A DNA stretch of 64,000 nucleotides from Octopus vulgaris. Its lineage: Eukaryota. The notes under the pieces were generated by a model that saw nothing but the letters and a program-made list of their open reading frames with translations, searched no databases and was not told where the DNA came from. The stretch covers positions 74,028,001-74,092,000 of the forward strand of contig OX597816.1 of NCBI GenBank assembly GCA_951406725.2, in the 5' to 3' direction. Position 1 is the stretch's first letter. The number at the start of each line of letters is the position of its first letter. A program made the position numbers and the translations under genes. Shown here in pieces: positions 23,871 through 37,441 of this stretch.

Positions 23871-24496
23871 GATAACAATGATTTATTGTTTTCCAATCGG
23901 TTGTCTTTTTGTATTGATTAACCAAACAACATACTTTCATATGGAAATAGATAGGCAAGCTAAACAAAACAATTTTATGCCCCTTCTCAGGAGTACAGTT
24001 ATTCAATGGCTGGCTGTCAGTCATCACAAGGTTTCAATATATATGAATTGTTTATCACGAAAACTCTCCACCATTGAATTGTGCCACATAATTAGTGTTT
24101 GGAAGTGTTGTTTCCTGCTTTAATGGAATATCTATTTGAATGTCTCTGGAGAATATCAATAATAGATGGATGATATTTATTTTGTGTACAACAGAACTGA
24201 AAAAAGAAGAAAAGAAATACAACAGAAACAAGTGGCAAAGATATATATATATAAAAAAAAACCTTGATGCTATTGTGATTTTAATAAATCTTTCTATCTG
24301 CAGGACTAAATAATTACATTGAAATGAGAATATTTAACAGATTTGTTTTTTTTTTTACATATATATATTCGATCATCTTCCAGGGCAATGAGAAACATTC
24401 TATTTCAGTGAAATTCATTAGGTTTGGAGCAATATAGAAAGCTGGGTGGCTGGGTCAGTAAGCTTTTGACTTATCAGTGGTTCATAGTTCTTTTGT

Positions 24497-25415
24497 CTTA
24501 AGGGAGTAGCCCTTAGATTTAATCTATTACACATACACACACACACACAAACACACACACACGCACACCTACGCACACATACATACACATATGATTATAC
24601 AATAGCATGAATCCATCTCAACCAATCTTATCAATCAGTTTCACACAGGATATTAAGTAATCATTATCTAATAACTGTGCTCATCAGAGTTGGCAGAAAT
24701 GACTCTATAACACTGTATAGTTTGATTAATACACCCACTCTATTGACAAATATATGAATGTATATTTTTCGTACATGGATTTTTAAACAACTATATGTGT
24801 GTATGATGTGTGTATATGTTTGTGCTTCCTTGGAAGCAGGTGACTGTTGGTAACAGGAAAGGCATTTGGCCATCGGAGAGAGACATGTTATGGTACAGTT
24901 ATGGTACAGTGAAATAAGGTCCAGTAATATAAAGAGGCCAAGTTAAATTATATCCCATTCTTAAAACAAATGAACTGATCTTTTGTTTGGATGTAAGGAA
25001 TCGGTTTCTTTTAACAGATTAAGAAGGTCTGAATCAGCTTTGCTAGGATTTGAACCTTGGAATGTATGCCAAACTTAACTCTTGACATGCATGTGCACCC
25101 CACCCCCACCCCCACCACCACATGCACACACACACATATACACACACACACACATGCATACACAAAGAGATTACAACCCCAAATTTTAATTCAACAAACA
25201 GCTTGTTCATTATCTTGTGTAATCTATCTCACACAGTATACTTAAGGGAGTAGCCTTAGATTTAATTTATTACACACACACATGCACACATACATACACA
25301 TATATGATTATACAATAGCATGAATCCATCTCAACCAATCTTATCAATCAGTTTCACATAGGATATTAAGTAATCAATTATCTAATAACTGTGCTCATCA
25401 GAGTTGGCAGAAATG
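24497..25415. repeat. Local direct duplication (24497-24701 and 25241-25415)
   Basis: CTTAAGGGAGTAGCC...ATGATTATACAATAGCATGAATCCATCTCAACCAATC...CTCATCAGAGTTGGCAGAAATG is present twice. Confidence 0.9.
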
Positions 25416-26929
25416 GCATACACACACAGCTTTATACAAGCACACCTGTATGTGCACACACACACGCATGCATACATACACATGCACACACATATTTTAG
25501 ATAACATTTATACGTTGTCATCATTACCCTAGTGTCCTCTTTTCCCTGCTTGCATGGGTCAGATGGAATTTGTTGTGACAGATTTTCTATGGCTAGATGC
25601 CTTTCCTGTTGCTAACACTCACCTGCTTCCAAGTAAGGTAATATTTCCTTATGGTCAGACAGATTTTCACAGGAGACTGGAAATGAACAATCTCATCTGT
25701 TTGATGATGGTTCTCATTTACAATCATCATATGATGTGAATAGAAGGCAGCATACACACACACACACACACACACATACTCTCTCTCTCTCTCTCTCTCT
25801 CTCACTCACACGGGATATTTTTTACCCGTTATTTACATAATATACCTTTCTCCGCGTTGAATTCTATAGTACAACAAAAAACAATTTATTCCACACACAC
25901 ACACACACACGTAATGAGCTTCTTGCTATGTACCCAAGCCATTCACAAGATTTTGGTCAGCCCTTGGCATTGGTAGAAAGACATTCACCCCAGATGCTAC
26001 ATTGTGGGACTGAACCTGAAACCACATGATTTAGAGGAAATCAAGATCGAAATCAAAATGGAAATTGTAGTTGTGGCCAATGCAATGACTGGCACCCTTG
26101 CTGGTGGCATGTAAAAAGCACCATTCAAGCGTGGGTTAATGCGAGTGCTGCCTGACTGGCTCCCCATGCTGGTGGTACGTAAAAAGCACCCACTACACTC
26201 TCAGAGTAGTTGGCATTAGGAAGGGCATCCAGCTATAGAAACCTTGCCAGATCAGATTGGAGCCTGGTGCAGCCTCCTGGCTTGTCAGTCCTCAGTCAAA
26301 CCATCCAACCCATGCCAGCATGGAAAATGGACGTTGAATGATGATGATGATGATGATGATGTACAGCCATGCTTGTGCTTGTGTATACTATCAGATGTTG
26401 CTTATTCTTCTTATTCCATTTTATATCAATACAACTAATTGATATTTTATTATTTTGAACTGTTTCTTGTTGATTTTTGTTTCCTTTTGTACTTTCTGAT
26501 ATAATCTGTCTGATGTAATTCTCATCTATTGCACATGAGACACCATGCGTAGCCTTTAAAGCATATTTTTTTTATTGCCAGCAAGCTCTCAGCACTTGTT
26601 AGTTATATCAATAAAAAGCATCAAACTCTTAGAATTGATTTTTTTAGATCAATCACAACTATTCAACCTAATTCCATTTTGTATTTTATATCTCCTTTAT
26701 ATGTATTTTAATCATCATCATCATCATCATCATCATGACCATGTAATATCCATCTTCCATGCAGGCATGGGTAGGACAGTCTGGTAGGAGCCAGCAAGCT
26801 AGAGAGCTGTACCAGGCTCCAATTGTTTTGGCATTGTTTCTTTCCCTAACACCAACCACTTTACAGGGTGTACTCGGAGCTTTTTACGCAGCACTAGCAC
26901 CAGTGCTTTCTGCATGGCACCATCACCAG

Positions 26930-27170
26930 TGCTTTTTATGTTACACATCACTAGTGCTTTTCATGTGGCACATCACTAGTGCTTTTCATGTGGCACATCA
27001 CTAGTGCTTTTCATGTGGCACATCACTAGTGATTTTCATGTGGCACATCACTAGTGCTTTTCATGTGGCACATCACTAGTGCTTTTCATGTGGCACATCA
27101 CTAGTGCTTTTTATGTTACACATCACTAGTGCTTTTCATGTGGCACATCACTAGTGATTTTTACATAGCA
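26930..27170. repeat. 25-bp minisatellite expanded inside a family-C SINE (26715-27240, minus strand)
   Basis: GTGCTTTTCATGTGGCACATCACTA repeated about 9 times. Confidence 0.9.
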
Positions 27171-27344
27171 CCATTACCATTGCTCTTTACATGATACAAT
27201 TACCAGTGCCTTTTATATGGAACAGAGCATGTGATTTTTATTGGCATAATGACCCTCCTTCCTGTAATTGCAATATCAACCAGACCATCAGATACTGTTA
27301 TACACTGCTGGTCACAATGCGCTTCCAATTCTGTCTTGATTGCA

Positions 27345-27660
27345 CCATTTTTTTTCTATTTTGATCCAAATTGCTTAACTAGATCGTCTTCCCATCATTG
27401 AAGAGGCCTTCTGATCTCTTGGATACCAGTCAGCTACTACACGGGTCCACCTGTTGTCTATGACTTTGTGACATGTCCAACCCATCAAAACTTGTGCTTT
27501 TGGTTCTCTGTGATCACGTTGTTCACTCCACTCTTTTCTCAAATCATTTCATTTCGAATATGCTCTCATAACGATATTCCCAGCATGGATCTCTCGATGG
27601 CCCTTTGTGTCCATAGCTCACTCATATCCTATCCTCTTCATAGCAGCTGCTCACTTGCGT
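27345..27660 (-). mobile_element. RTE-clade LINE fragment, region C-terminal to the RT
   Basis: Minus strand reads TQRAIERSMLGISL*EHIRNE...WVGHV...DNRWT..VADWYPRD...WEDDL. Confidence 0.8.
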
Positions 27661-29114
27661 GTAAGACCACTGGCATGATGGTGCTATTGAAGTGTCCTGA
27701 GATACAAAAACAAAAAAGCAGTGAGAAGAGATCTCGGAGTATTGTGTCTCAGAGATGAGATGATGTTGGATCAAGAATAGTCCTATAAGACCAAACTTTG
27801 GATTGATCTCACTGATATCATCCTAGAATGTAGATATGAGAGTGGTGATGATGATGGTGTTGGTGGTAGTGGTGGTGAGGACAGTGACAATGACAATGAC
27901 TTATCTGTAGCTGGTCCATAGACTTAACCCTCATAATCAAATTTATGTAGAAATTATCAAAGACCAAACTATATATTTACCCTCACACACATTAAGAGAA
28001 AGTTTCGTCCCTAGAATATACAGCATGTGTCTGTGAATACACATTATGTGTATGTAGGTGGATGCATACATATATGTATATATGTGATGTGTGTGTGTGT
28101 GTATGTGTGTGTGGATATCAGAGTGTAATGATATACACTAGCCTTTCATTTTTTACGCTTATTTACATAACTGTGTGGATACTATACACACATACACACA
28201 CACACACACACAAGATGATACATATATGATTGTGTATATAAAGTAAGTGTATAATATATATTCATATGCAAGTGCATGTGTATGTATGTGTGGATATATA
28301 TATGTATATGTATAGTATATACATATACACACACACACAATACATATATATGCATATATGTGTGTTTGTGCATGTGTGTGTGTGTGTGTGTATGTATCCT
28401 ACTATATTCATAGTTCACTAGACTGATCAATTATTCATGCTATTTGGTGCTTATTCAAGCATGAAGACTTTTGTGTCCAAAATAATCCATTCAGAATTCC
28501 AGCATTTAGGACAGAAATGGCTTTGTTTTATGGTTAATGGCCTTATTCCAGCCATTCTTCCTCTCTTCCTTTCAACTTTCCACAGATATATTTTATTCCA
28601 TTACATTTATTTTTTAAACCAAAAATGCAATAAAAATAATTGAGGAACAAAATGAATAGTCAGTGGATATTTTCAATTGAAATGTCTAAACAAGGATTAA
28701 TCATAGAACATTCCTGGTTAACATTTCTTTTAATTACCAAAGTTGCACATGTTGCACATTAGTGAGGAATTCTGGGTCAAAGATTTTCATTTCTAAACTG
28801 CTCCTAATTACATGCAACATATATCAAAGCAGGAGATTGGAAAACTTTTTAGTATTATCTATTCACCATTACACATGTTTCATTTGGTACTAGGAGTTAC
28901 AAAATTAGAAATTCTTCAGACAAAGAATCAAATAACATAAAATTTTCATTTGGATGAAGCATTTATACATAATTAATAATTAGGAGTCAGTTAAATAGGT
29001 AGACGGGAGAAAAACATATCTAGTAATATAGAAAAGAGAGAGAGAGAGGGCTGGAGAATTATGCACACACAAACACACAGATATACATATATAAACATTT
29101 ACATTCATACATAC

Positions 29115-29330
29115 TTGGTGGTGGTTGTCTACTCCTTATGCAAAGTCTGACCACCTCTTGTACTTACTCCTTAGATCCATCATGGCATCTGATGGGGCTT
29201 TTGAAACCAGATAATGTTTTGAAAAGACAGCCACATAAATTAGTTAAGTTCTGATTTTCGTTGATCTTAAAATGTCTTTTGAGGCCTCTGTTAGATTTGC
29301 AAACCTTCTGGCATACATTGGCATTGAAAG
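29115..29330 (-). mobile_element. 3' end of an RTE-type LINE with degenerate C2H2 fingers
   Basis: ORF 29164..29352 has NVCQKVCKSNRGLKRHFKI and CGCLFKTLSGFKS..RCH, followed by a short 3'UTR ending in (ACC)n. Confidence 0.6.
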
Positions 29331-29357
29331 GTGTGTATGTGCGTATATACAAATATA

Positions 29358-29412
<55 letters not shown>

Positions 29413-29416
<4 letters not shown>

Positions 29417-30582
29417 GTATGTATATGTAAAAAAATACAAACTGGGACAAGAACGCAAAACATTTAGAAGACGATACAAAAAACACGGACGGGACATTTG
29501 AAGCCTTCAATCTTCAGTCAAGAACCGGATCATCCTCGCAATTTCAGCTGAGTAATCTTGAGATTGCTCCGACCTGGCCAGCTCCAAAGGAAAATCTAAG
29601 CCAAGCGCATTAGATTCCTTGGAAGAAAGCCTCGAATGTATACAAAACAAGGACGGAAAAACGGACGATGTTACACGAATAAGAATACAAAATACGTAAA
29701 AACAATAATGATAACACGAATAAGAATACAAAAATACGTAAAAACAATAATGATAATAATAATAACAAAAACAGGACATCACAGACAGGAGTCTTTTTGA
29801 TAGGACGAGTAAACTTTGAGCTGGCGTGTTAGAAAAATGTCTTGGGGCAGAGAGAGAAAAAAATGTGTCTTGCCGCGACGACTGCTAACCACGAAAAGGC
29901 TGGCAATCGGTCAGTTAGTCACGTGTGAGGAGAAGAGAGAGGAAAAGAGGGACAGATGAAGAGAGAAAAAGGGGAACAAGGAACAAAGGAGGAGGAGAAG
30001 AGAGAAAGAGACAGATCAAAGTGGAGTGCAAAGTGTGAAAGGCAGAGAAATGTAGGAGAGGGGGGAGAGAGACAGTGTTATAGAGTCGTACCAAGTTTAA
30101 AGAAATATGTACTTACATATAAGACCAAAAGGGTACGGGCGCTGCTATATATATATGTATATGTAAAAACAATACAAACTGGGACAAGAACGCAAAACAT
30201 TTAGAAGACAATACAAAAAACATGGACAGGACATTCAAAGCCTTCAATCTTCAGTCAAGAACTGGATCATCCTCACAATTTCGGCTGATTAATCTTGAGA
30301 TTGCTCCGACCTGGCCAGCCTCAAAAGAAAATCTAAGCCAAGCGCATTAGATTCCCTGTCCCTCTTTTCCTCTCTCTTCTCCTCACACGTGACTAACTGA
30401 CCGATTGCCAGCCTTTTCGTGGTTAGCAGTCGTCGCGGCAAGACACATTTTTTCTCTCTCTGCCCCAAGGCATTTTTCTAACACGCCAGCTCAAAGTTTA
30501 CTTGTCCTGTTGAAAAGACGCCTATCTGTGACGTCCTGTTTTTGTTATTATTATTATCATTATTGTTTTACGTATTTTTGTA
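29413..30582. mobile_element. Penelope-like composite: direct repeat plus inverted segment
   Basis: 29413-29620 is directly repeated at 30155-30355, and 30356-30582 is the reverse complement of 29728-29955. A related copy lies at 50650-51030. Confidence 0.65.
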
Positions 30583-30584
30583 CC

Positions 30585-30811
30585 AACCGATCGTGGTCGT
30601 TTGCAAGCTTGCTCTGACCCCTGTGCTGGTGGCACGTAAAAAACACCCACTACATTCACGGAGTGGTTGGCGTTAAGAAGGGCATCCAGCTGTAGAAACA
30701 CTGCCAAATCAAACTAGAGCCTGGTGCAGCCTCCATTGGTTTACCAGACCCCGGTCGAAACGTCCAACCCATGCTAGCATGGAAAACGGACGTTAAATGA
30801 TGATGATGATG
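30585..30811 (+). mobile_element. SINE family C
   Basis: GTGGCACGTAAAAAACACCC...AAGAAGGGCATCCAGCTGTAGAAA...GGAAAACGGACGTTAAA(TGA)n. Confidence 0.8.
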
Positions 30812-32384
30812 ATATATATATATATATATATATTCATATACATATACAATGCACATTTATATCATTATTTGTTCTGACATCCATTTTTGTATGGGTCAAA
30901 TGGTGTTTATTGAAGAACATTTTCTATGGTCGGATGCCCTTCCTGTCACCAACCTGTACCTGTTTCCAAGAAAAGTAATATTTCTCCATGGCTAGAAAGG
31001 TTTTTGCAGAATATTGGAAATGAATAACACTGCTTGATAGTGATGTCAAGACAAACACAAATGTACAGGGACGTTTGCACACACACACACACATACTTAT
31101 ACAGGAAGAGAGAGAGGGAGAGAGTGAGGAGAGAAGGAAAGAGTGAGGGGAGGAGGAGAGGGAAAAGAGAGTGAGGAGAGGGGGTGAGAGAGTGAGATGG
31201 GGAGAGAGAGTGAGGAGGGGAGATAGAATGAGGAGAGGGGGAGAGAGAGTGAGGAGAGGGGAGAGAGATGTAGACCTATAGATAGCTATAGTTATGTTGA
31301 CAAGTTTGCTTGCCCATCATGAGGTCTGGGTTCAATCCCACCGTACAGCACCTTGGACAAATGTCCTCTATTGTAGCCTTGGAGCCAACCAAAACTTTTT
31401 GTGTGGATTTGGTAGATAGAAACTAAAAGAAGCCCATCGTGCATATGTACATGTGTCTATATGTGTGTATGTACATGTGTGTGCGAGTTTGTTTATATGT
31501 GTATATGTATGTGTTTACCTCTGTGTGTGTGTGTGTTTTTTTTGTCTGACATTGTTCAGACTTGGTGACATTGTTTACGTTGCACATAAATCTGAATAAG
31601 CAATTGAAGGGCTCCCAACTTGCCAGAAATAGCAGCCAAATATCCTTCACTCCATAGTTTATTTTTTTAAACAAGGAAACAACATAACATACCCGCAAAA
31701 GGCAGGATTGTCGTTGTTGGAACACTTTTGATTTTAAATCTGTTGAATCTAAGTTGCCATGCTTTACTTGACAGTTAAACAACAACAACAACAACAACAA
31801 CAATTAATAGATTTGTAGTTTAAGAATTTTTACCATTTTCTTCCCAACAAAATGTTATAGACTGAAAGAAATTAGATTTTCTGGTTAACCAATTCCATCC
31901 AAAGAAAAATGAAACAATTCAAAATGGCATTATCCTTGATCCGGCTCTTGATATTTGAAATAGTTTCTCAGAGAAAAAGGATAAAAAGAAAAATGGGGTT
32001 TTGTCATTCTAATTTTTGTTTAACCCTAGGTCAATCATGATCAAAAGTGTTCCAGTCATGGAAATACTGTCCTCTGCTCTTTTGTGTTATCTTTCTGTGA
32101 CAGAAACCACTTAAGGGTCCTTAACCTTGCAAGTTACAAGGAAGTCATCACCAGAACTGGTGCCACAAAAATAAACCACATTCTTGCATTGAAATCACTC
32201 TTGTGGGTCAGCAAAAGAGACCGATAATAAGTACCAGGCTTAAACCCACCCACCCCCAGCCCCAAAATGAAACAACAAGTACTGGGGTCAATTCATTTGA
32301 CTAAAAGTTCTTCAGGGTAGTGCCCCAGCATGGTCACAGTCTAATGACTGAAACAAGTAAAAGATAAAAAAATAGTTTCATTAG

Positions 32385-32765
32385 GTGCAGGAGTGGCTGT
32401 GTGGTAAGAAGCTTGGTTCCCAACCACATGGTTCTGCATTCAGTCCCACTGCGTGGCACCTTGGGCAAGCGTCTTCTATTATAGCCTTGGGCCAACCAAA
32501 GCCTTATGAGTGGATTTGGTTGATGGAAGCTGAAAGAAGCCCATCGTATATATAAATATATATATGTATATGTTTGTCCCCCCACTATTGCTTGACAACT
32601 GATGTTGGTGTGTTTATGTCCACAGCACTTAGCGGTTTGGCAGAAGAGACCAACAGAATAAGTACTAGGCTTACTAAGATTAAGTCCTGGAGTCAATTTT
32701 TTAACTAAAGGCAGTGCTCCAGCATGGCTACAGTCAAATTACTGAAACAAATAAAAGAATGAAAG
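32385..32765 (+). mobile_element. SINE family A, full-length copy
   Basis: GGTGCAGGAGTGGCTGTGTGGTAAGAAGC head (A/B boxes), CACCTTGGGCAAG core, microsatellite, and tail ending ACTGAAACAAATAAAAGAAT. Confidence 0.9.
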
Positions 32766-33393
32766 AATTATTAAATAGTATTAGATCAGTCATGAATCTT
32801 AAGACTCAAAAGACCAGAGCTGAACCAGGTTTCCATTGTGACTGAGATTGCAATATTCTCTCCACCCCTGGATAGGATGCCAGTTCATCATAGGGTTAAC
32901 TTCCCTGCTATTGTTGGTGTTCATTTACAGCTGAGGGGGAGTGAAACAATGTAAAGTGAAGTGTTTTGCAGAAGGACACAATGCACTGCCCAATGAGGGA
33001 TTTGAAACCACAATCTTACAACTGTTAGAGCAACACCTCTAACCACTTGGCCATGCACTCTCACATTATTAAACAAGAACGATTTGAATTTTAATCGGAA
33101 AGGATTACTAAATCTCATACCCTCACCCTAGAGACCACAAATTCCTTTTATTAAAACAAGAACTGGTTAAATTTATAGCAAGAAGAATTATTAAGCCTGG
33201 CACATTGGCCTTGGAACAAACAATTCATATTAATAAAACTTAGAAACCTAAAATTTTCTTTCTGTCAGATAACTCGTGAATACTAATCTTTTCCTTGATA
33301 ATCTCAAAATGAAATTATTCAGCACAAATATTTTAGTGAAACTGGATTTTTAATCTGCCTACCATCAGTTGTCTGTTTTATGAAGATAATTGA

Positions 33394-33430
<37 letters not shown>

Positions 33431-33699
33431 TGTGTGTGTGTGTGTACTTGCATGTGTGTGTAATTCTTTGCCTTGACATCATGTGATAGTTTTGTCACTA
33501 TTGTAAATAATTATTACAAGCAGTGTCATTCATTTCCCATATTCAATGAAAACATGTCTGGCCAAGGGGGAATATTAAGTTGTTTAGAAACAAGTAAGGA
33601 TTGACAACAGGAAGGGTGTCCAGCTTTGGAAAATCTAACCTTCCTCAATAAATTCCATCTCACCCATGCATGTGGATATAAATCCAGTGATGATGATGC

Positions 33700-33860
33700 A
33701 TTGTGCCTCATGGAGGCAAAGTGACTGAGATCCTTTCAAATGTTGGGCTTCATGGATGCAAAGTGGCTGAGATCCTTTCAAGTGTTGGGCCTCATGGAGG
33801 CAAAGTGGCTGAGTTCCTTTTGAGTGTTGGGCCTCATAGAGGCAATGACTGAGACCTTCG
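33700..33860. repeat. 42-bp tandem repeat, about 4 units, upstream of a family-C SINE
   Basis: TCATGGAGGCAAAGTG(G/A)CTGAGATCCTTT at about 33708, 33750, 33792 and 33834. Confidence 0.85.
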
Positions 33861-34136
33861 GTATTATGTCGTGCTTGAGAAGACCCATCAAGCTGAGTAA
33901 AATTGCATACCAGTGTTATGCAAATTGTTACCCATGGTGGTGGCAAGTAAACGCACCCCAGTGTTATACAAATAGCCCCCATGCCGGTGGCACGTAAAAG
34001 CACCCACTACACTCTCGGAGTGGTTGGCATTAGGAAAGGCATCCAGCTGTAGAAAACCATGCCAAATCAGCATGGACAAGAGACATTAAATGATGATGAT
34101 GATATATATATATATATGTATATATATGTATGTATA

Positions 34137-34330
34137 TACTGTTGTATCTGGGGAGAGTCATTTTCTTTTTGTGCCTTATTATTTAACACACTCACCGGTA
34201 AAATTTCCACTTTTTCTTATTTTTATTGTCCTAAAATTTTCGTTGCATCTTGCAACCTTTTCAATAGTTGAGTGCGTTAAATAATAAGGCACAAAAAGAA
34301 AATGACTCTCCCCAGACACAACAGAATATG
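34137..34330. repeat. Inverted repeat (about 60-bp arms) enclosing a degenerate hammerhead-like motif; Penelope-like
   Basis: CTGGGGAGAGTCATTTTCTTTTTGTGCCTTATTATTTAAC / GTTAAATAATAAGGCACAAAAAGAAAATGACTCTCCCCAG. Minus strand 34268-34230 reads CTA-TTGAAAA-G-GTTGCA[AGA]TGCAAC-GAAA-ATTT-TAG. Confidence 0.8.
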
Positions 34331-34466
34331 CTTCAACACACGAACTCATATAAAGAATCTTGCAAACCAAATCCAAAAACGAAATATATGTATCTATATA
34401 TATACACATACACATGTTTGCGCACATGCATGCACACACACAAACACACACACATACACACACACA

Positions 34467-34980
34467 TGAGGTCTGATCAAAAAGTATCAGGACTGGTACT
34501 GTAAGAAAACTACAACATATATCTATTCAGCATTGAATCTCTCTCAGAGCAGTCAGCTTCTGAAGTCACACATTTTACCCAGCTTCATTTCCATTGATGG
34601 AAACATTCCTGGAACTCCCTTTTTGGCATTGGAAGCAACTGCCTTGTCGCATTCTCTTGGATTTCTTTGATGTCTTGAAATCTCGTTCCTTTCAAGTTGG
34701 GTTTGATTTTTGGAAAGAGGAAAGGGTCATAAGCATAGCCCTTGTCGTCACTTGTTAGGACCATTTTCAAATTTTCCATCTTCCTTGACATAAAGAGATC
34801 CTGACCAGCTGAAACCCGGCCTTCTTTTTGAGATGACCACACTCTATACACTTCACTTCCAAGCTCTGCTACAAACAACAGAGGTGAGCAAGAATGTTAC
34901 AACATGGTGTGCATGTGAGACAGAGTTCAAGATCACTCTGTGCCAAGTGGCTTCACTCTGCGTGCTTTATGTTTGTTACC
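34467..34980 (-). mobile_element. Internally deleted mariner fragment
   Basis: TIR-like GAGGTCTGATCAAAAAGTATC. ORF 34585..34878 ends FLFPKIKPNLKGTRFQDIKEIQENATRQL...FQECFHQWK (mariner C-terminus). Confidence 0.8.
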
Positions 34981-35604
34981 ATAGTTGAGGGATTACAGTA
35001 GTTAATAAGAGATTATCAAATGGGGTGGGGTGGGTAATCATGTATAGTTTTATTGATCTTGTGGTAAAGCTTATATAAATATATAGACACACACACACAC
35101 TTATATATTATACACACATACACATATACATTACATACATATACACATACACACATATTCCAGTTTTAAAATTCTGGTTTCAAAAATGAAATTTAGTATT
35201 GTTCTTAAACATGTATTGATAGAAAGATAAAACATGGCAACATGCTAAACATGCCATTTGTTCAGGGATGTACAACCCGTTATTCCTTCCCACTTACCCC
35301 ATCTTCTTCTGCTTAATTCTATCCCTTTTTTCCTTCTTTTTCTTTGTTTCTTAGGTGAGATAGTCATGGGTGGGTTTTTCCCTGTATAAATATTGGCTGA
35401 TATTATCATCTCAGGAATGAATATAAGCTTGTTTGATAACAATATTACGTTTATGAATTTGTGTTGCATGATTTTTGATGTGAAGTTGTGTCTTGAAACA
35501 ATTATTGATGTATTTCGAAATGGTCGTTTTTTTTTCTTTTCCCAAATAAACACGCACAACATATATTTGTTCTTCACTCGTTTATTACTGTTCTTAATCT
35601 AACT

Positions 35605-35652
35605 TCTGTCCAGAAATCTTTTATCACACATCTGTGATCTCCTCAGCGACAC
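35605..35652 (-). ncRNA. Degenerate hammerhead ribozyme motif
   Basis: TGTCG-CTGAGGA-GATCACA[GATG]TGTGATA-AAAG-ATTTC-TGGACA. The CUGANGA box and stem II are present, but the GAAA box is mutated. Confidence 0.45.
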
Positions 35653-35989
35653 TTTCCGTCTTCGTATGCAATCTTACTCAATGGTTTTTGATTTTAGGCA
35701 GAAGGGCAGCAGTTTTGAGAGAAGGGGTTACTTGATTACATTGACCTCAGTATATGACTGGTAGCTATATGTTATTGACCCTGAAAGCATAAAAGACAAA
35801 ACTGACTTTAACAGGTTTTGGACTCTAAATCTAAAAAACTGGAACAAATATTGTATGGTATATATTGGTGATCTAAATGACCTGCCACCATGCTCCCCCA
35901 TCATAATCCTTTCTAATTTTTGCTCAAGGTCCTCAGCTGAGAGGTCCTTCTCTTGTGAGATTGCAGGTGCTGGGACACATAAAAATTCC

Positions 35990-36960
35990 CTCTGCTGGTG
36001 CCTTGTAAAATGCACCTGTCCTGGTGCTATGTATGAAACACCTATACTGGTGCCATGTAAAAAGGCACCTGTGCTGATGGCACGTGAAAAGTACCTGTGC
36101 TGATGTCATGCAAAAAGGCACCTGTGCTTGTGACACGTGAAAAGCACCTGTGCTGGTGCCACATATGAAATGCCTATGCTGGTGCCATGTAAAAAGGCAC
36201 CTGTGCTGGTGGCACATGAAAAGCACCTGTGTTGGTGCCACGTAGGAAATGCCTATGCTGGTGCCATGTAAAAAGGCACCTGTGCTGGTGGCACATGAAA
36301 AGCACCTGTGTTGGTGCCACGTATGAAATGCCTATCCTGGTGCCATGTAAAACGGTACCTGTGCTGGGGGCACGTCAAAAGCACATGTGTTGTTTCCACG
36401 TATGAAACACCTGTGCTGGTGCCATGTAAAAAGGCACCTGTGCTGGTGGCACGTGAAAAGTACCTGTGCTGATGTCATGCAAAAAGGCACCTGTGCTTGT
36501 GGGACGTGAACAGCACCTGTGCTGGTGCCACATATGAAATGCCTATGCTGGTGCCATGTAAAAAGGCACCTGTGCTGGTGGCACATGAAAAGCACCTGTG
36601 TTGGTGCCACGTATGAAATGCCTATCCTGGTGCCATGTAAAACGGCACCTGTGCTGGTGGCATGTGAAAAGCACCTGTGCTGGTGCCACATATGAAACAC
36701 CTGTGCTGGTGCCATGTAAAAAGGCACCTGTGCTGGTGGCACATGAAAAGCACTTGTGCTGGTGTCACGTATGAAATGCCTATGCTGGTGCCATGTAAAA
36801 AGGCACCTGTGCTGGTGGCATGTGAAAAGCACCTGTGCTGGTGCCACGTATGAAAGCCTATGCTGGTGTCATGCAAAAAGGCACCTGTGCTGGTGGCACA
36901 TGAAAAGCACCTGTGCTGGTTCCACATGTGAAACACTTATACTGGTGCCATGTAAAAAAG
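35990..36960. repeat. ~26-bp minisatellite with 79-bp and 369-bp higher-order periodicity, within a family-C SINE (tail to about 37140)
   Basis: Monomer GCACCTGTGCTGGTG(G/C)CA(C/T)..AAAA. GGTGCCATGT recurs at 36181 and 36260; variant TGATGTCATGCAAAAAGGCACCTGTGCTTGTG recurs at 36101 and 36470. Confidence 0.92.
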
Positions 36961-37204
36961 CACCCAGGCCACTCTGTAAAGTGGTTGGTGTTCAGGAGGG
37001 CATCCAGCCACGGAAACCATGCCAAAACAGATGAATGGAATCTTGTGTAGCCCTCCAGTTTGCCAGCTCCTGTCAAACCATCTAACTCATGACAGCATGG
37101 GAAATGGACATTAAATGATGATGATGATGACGATGATGATGTTGGTGCTGCTGCTGTTACTGATGATGACAATGACGATGACAATGATGATGATGATGGT
37201 GCTG

Positions 37205-37388
37205 ATGATGATGATGAAGGGGACAAGTTAATTACATCAGTACTTGGCTGGGTCTTCATTTTGTTCACCTCAAAGGGATGAAAAGTGAAGTAGACCTTCA
37301 CAGAATTTGAATTCCAAATGTAAAGCGTCAGAAGAAATGCTACGGAGCATTTCATCCATCACACTAACGATTCTGCCAGCTCACTGCC

Positions 37389-37441
<53 letters not shown>

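Noticed and set aside
29164-29352. Host C2H2 zinc-finger gene
   Set aside because: The fingers are degenerate, lack TGEKP linkers, and are followed by a short UTR and simple-repeat tail typical of an RTE 3' end.
35990-36960. CRISPR-like short-repeat array or His/Cys-rich repeat protein (ORFs 35933-37034)
   Set aside because: Head-to-tail minisatellite derived from a SINE motif, with no spacers; the ORFs are repeat artefacts.
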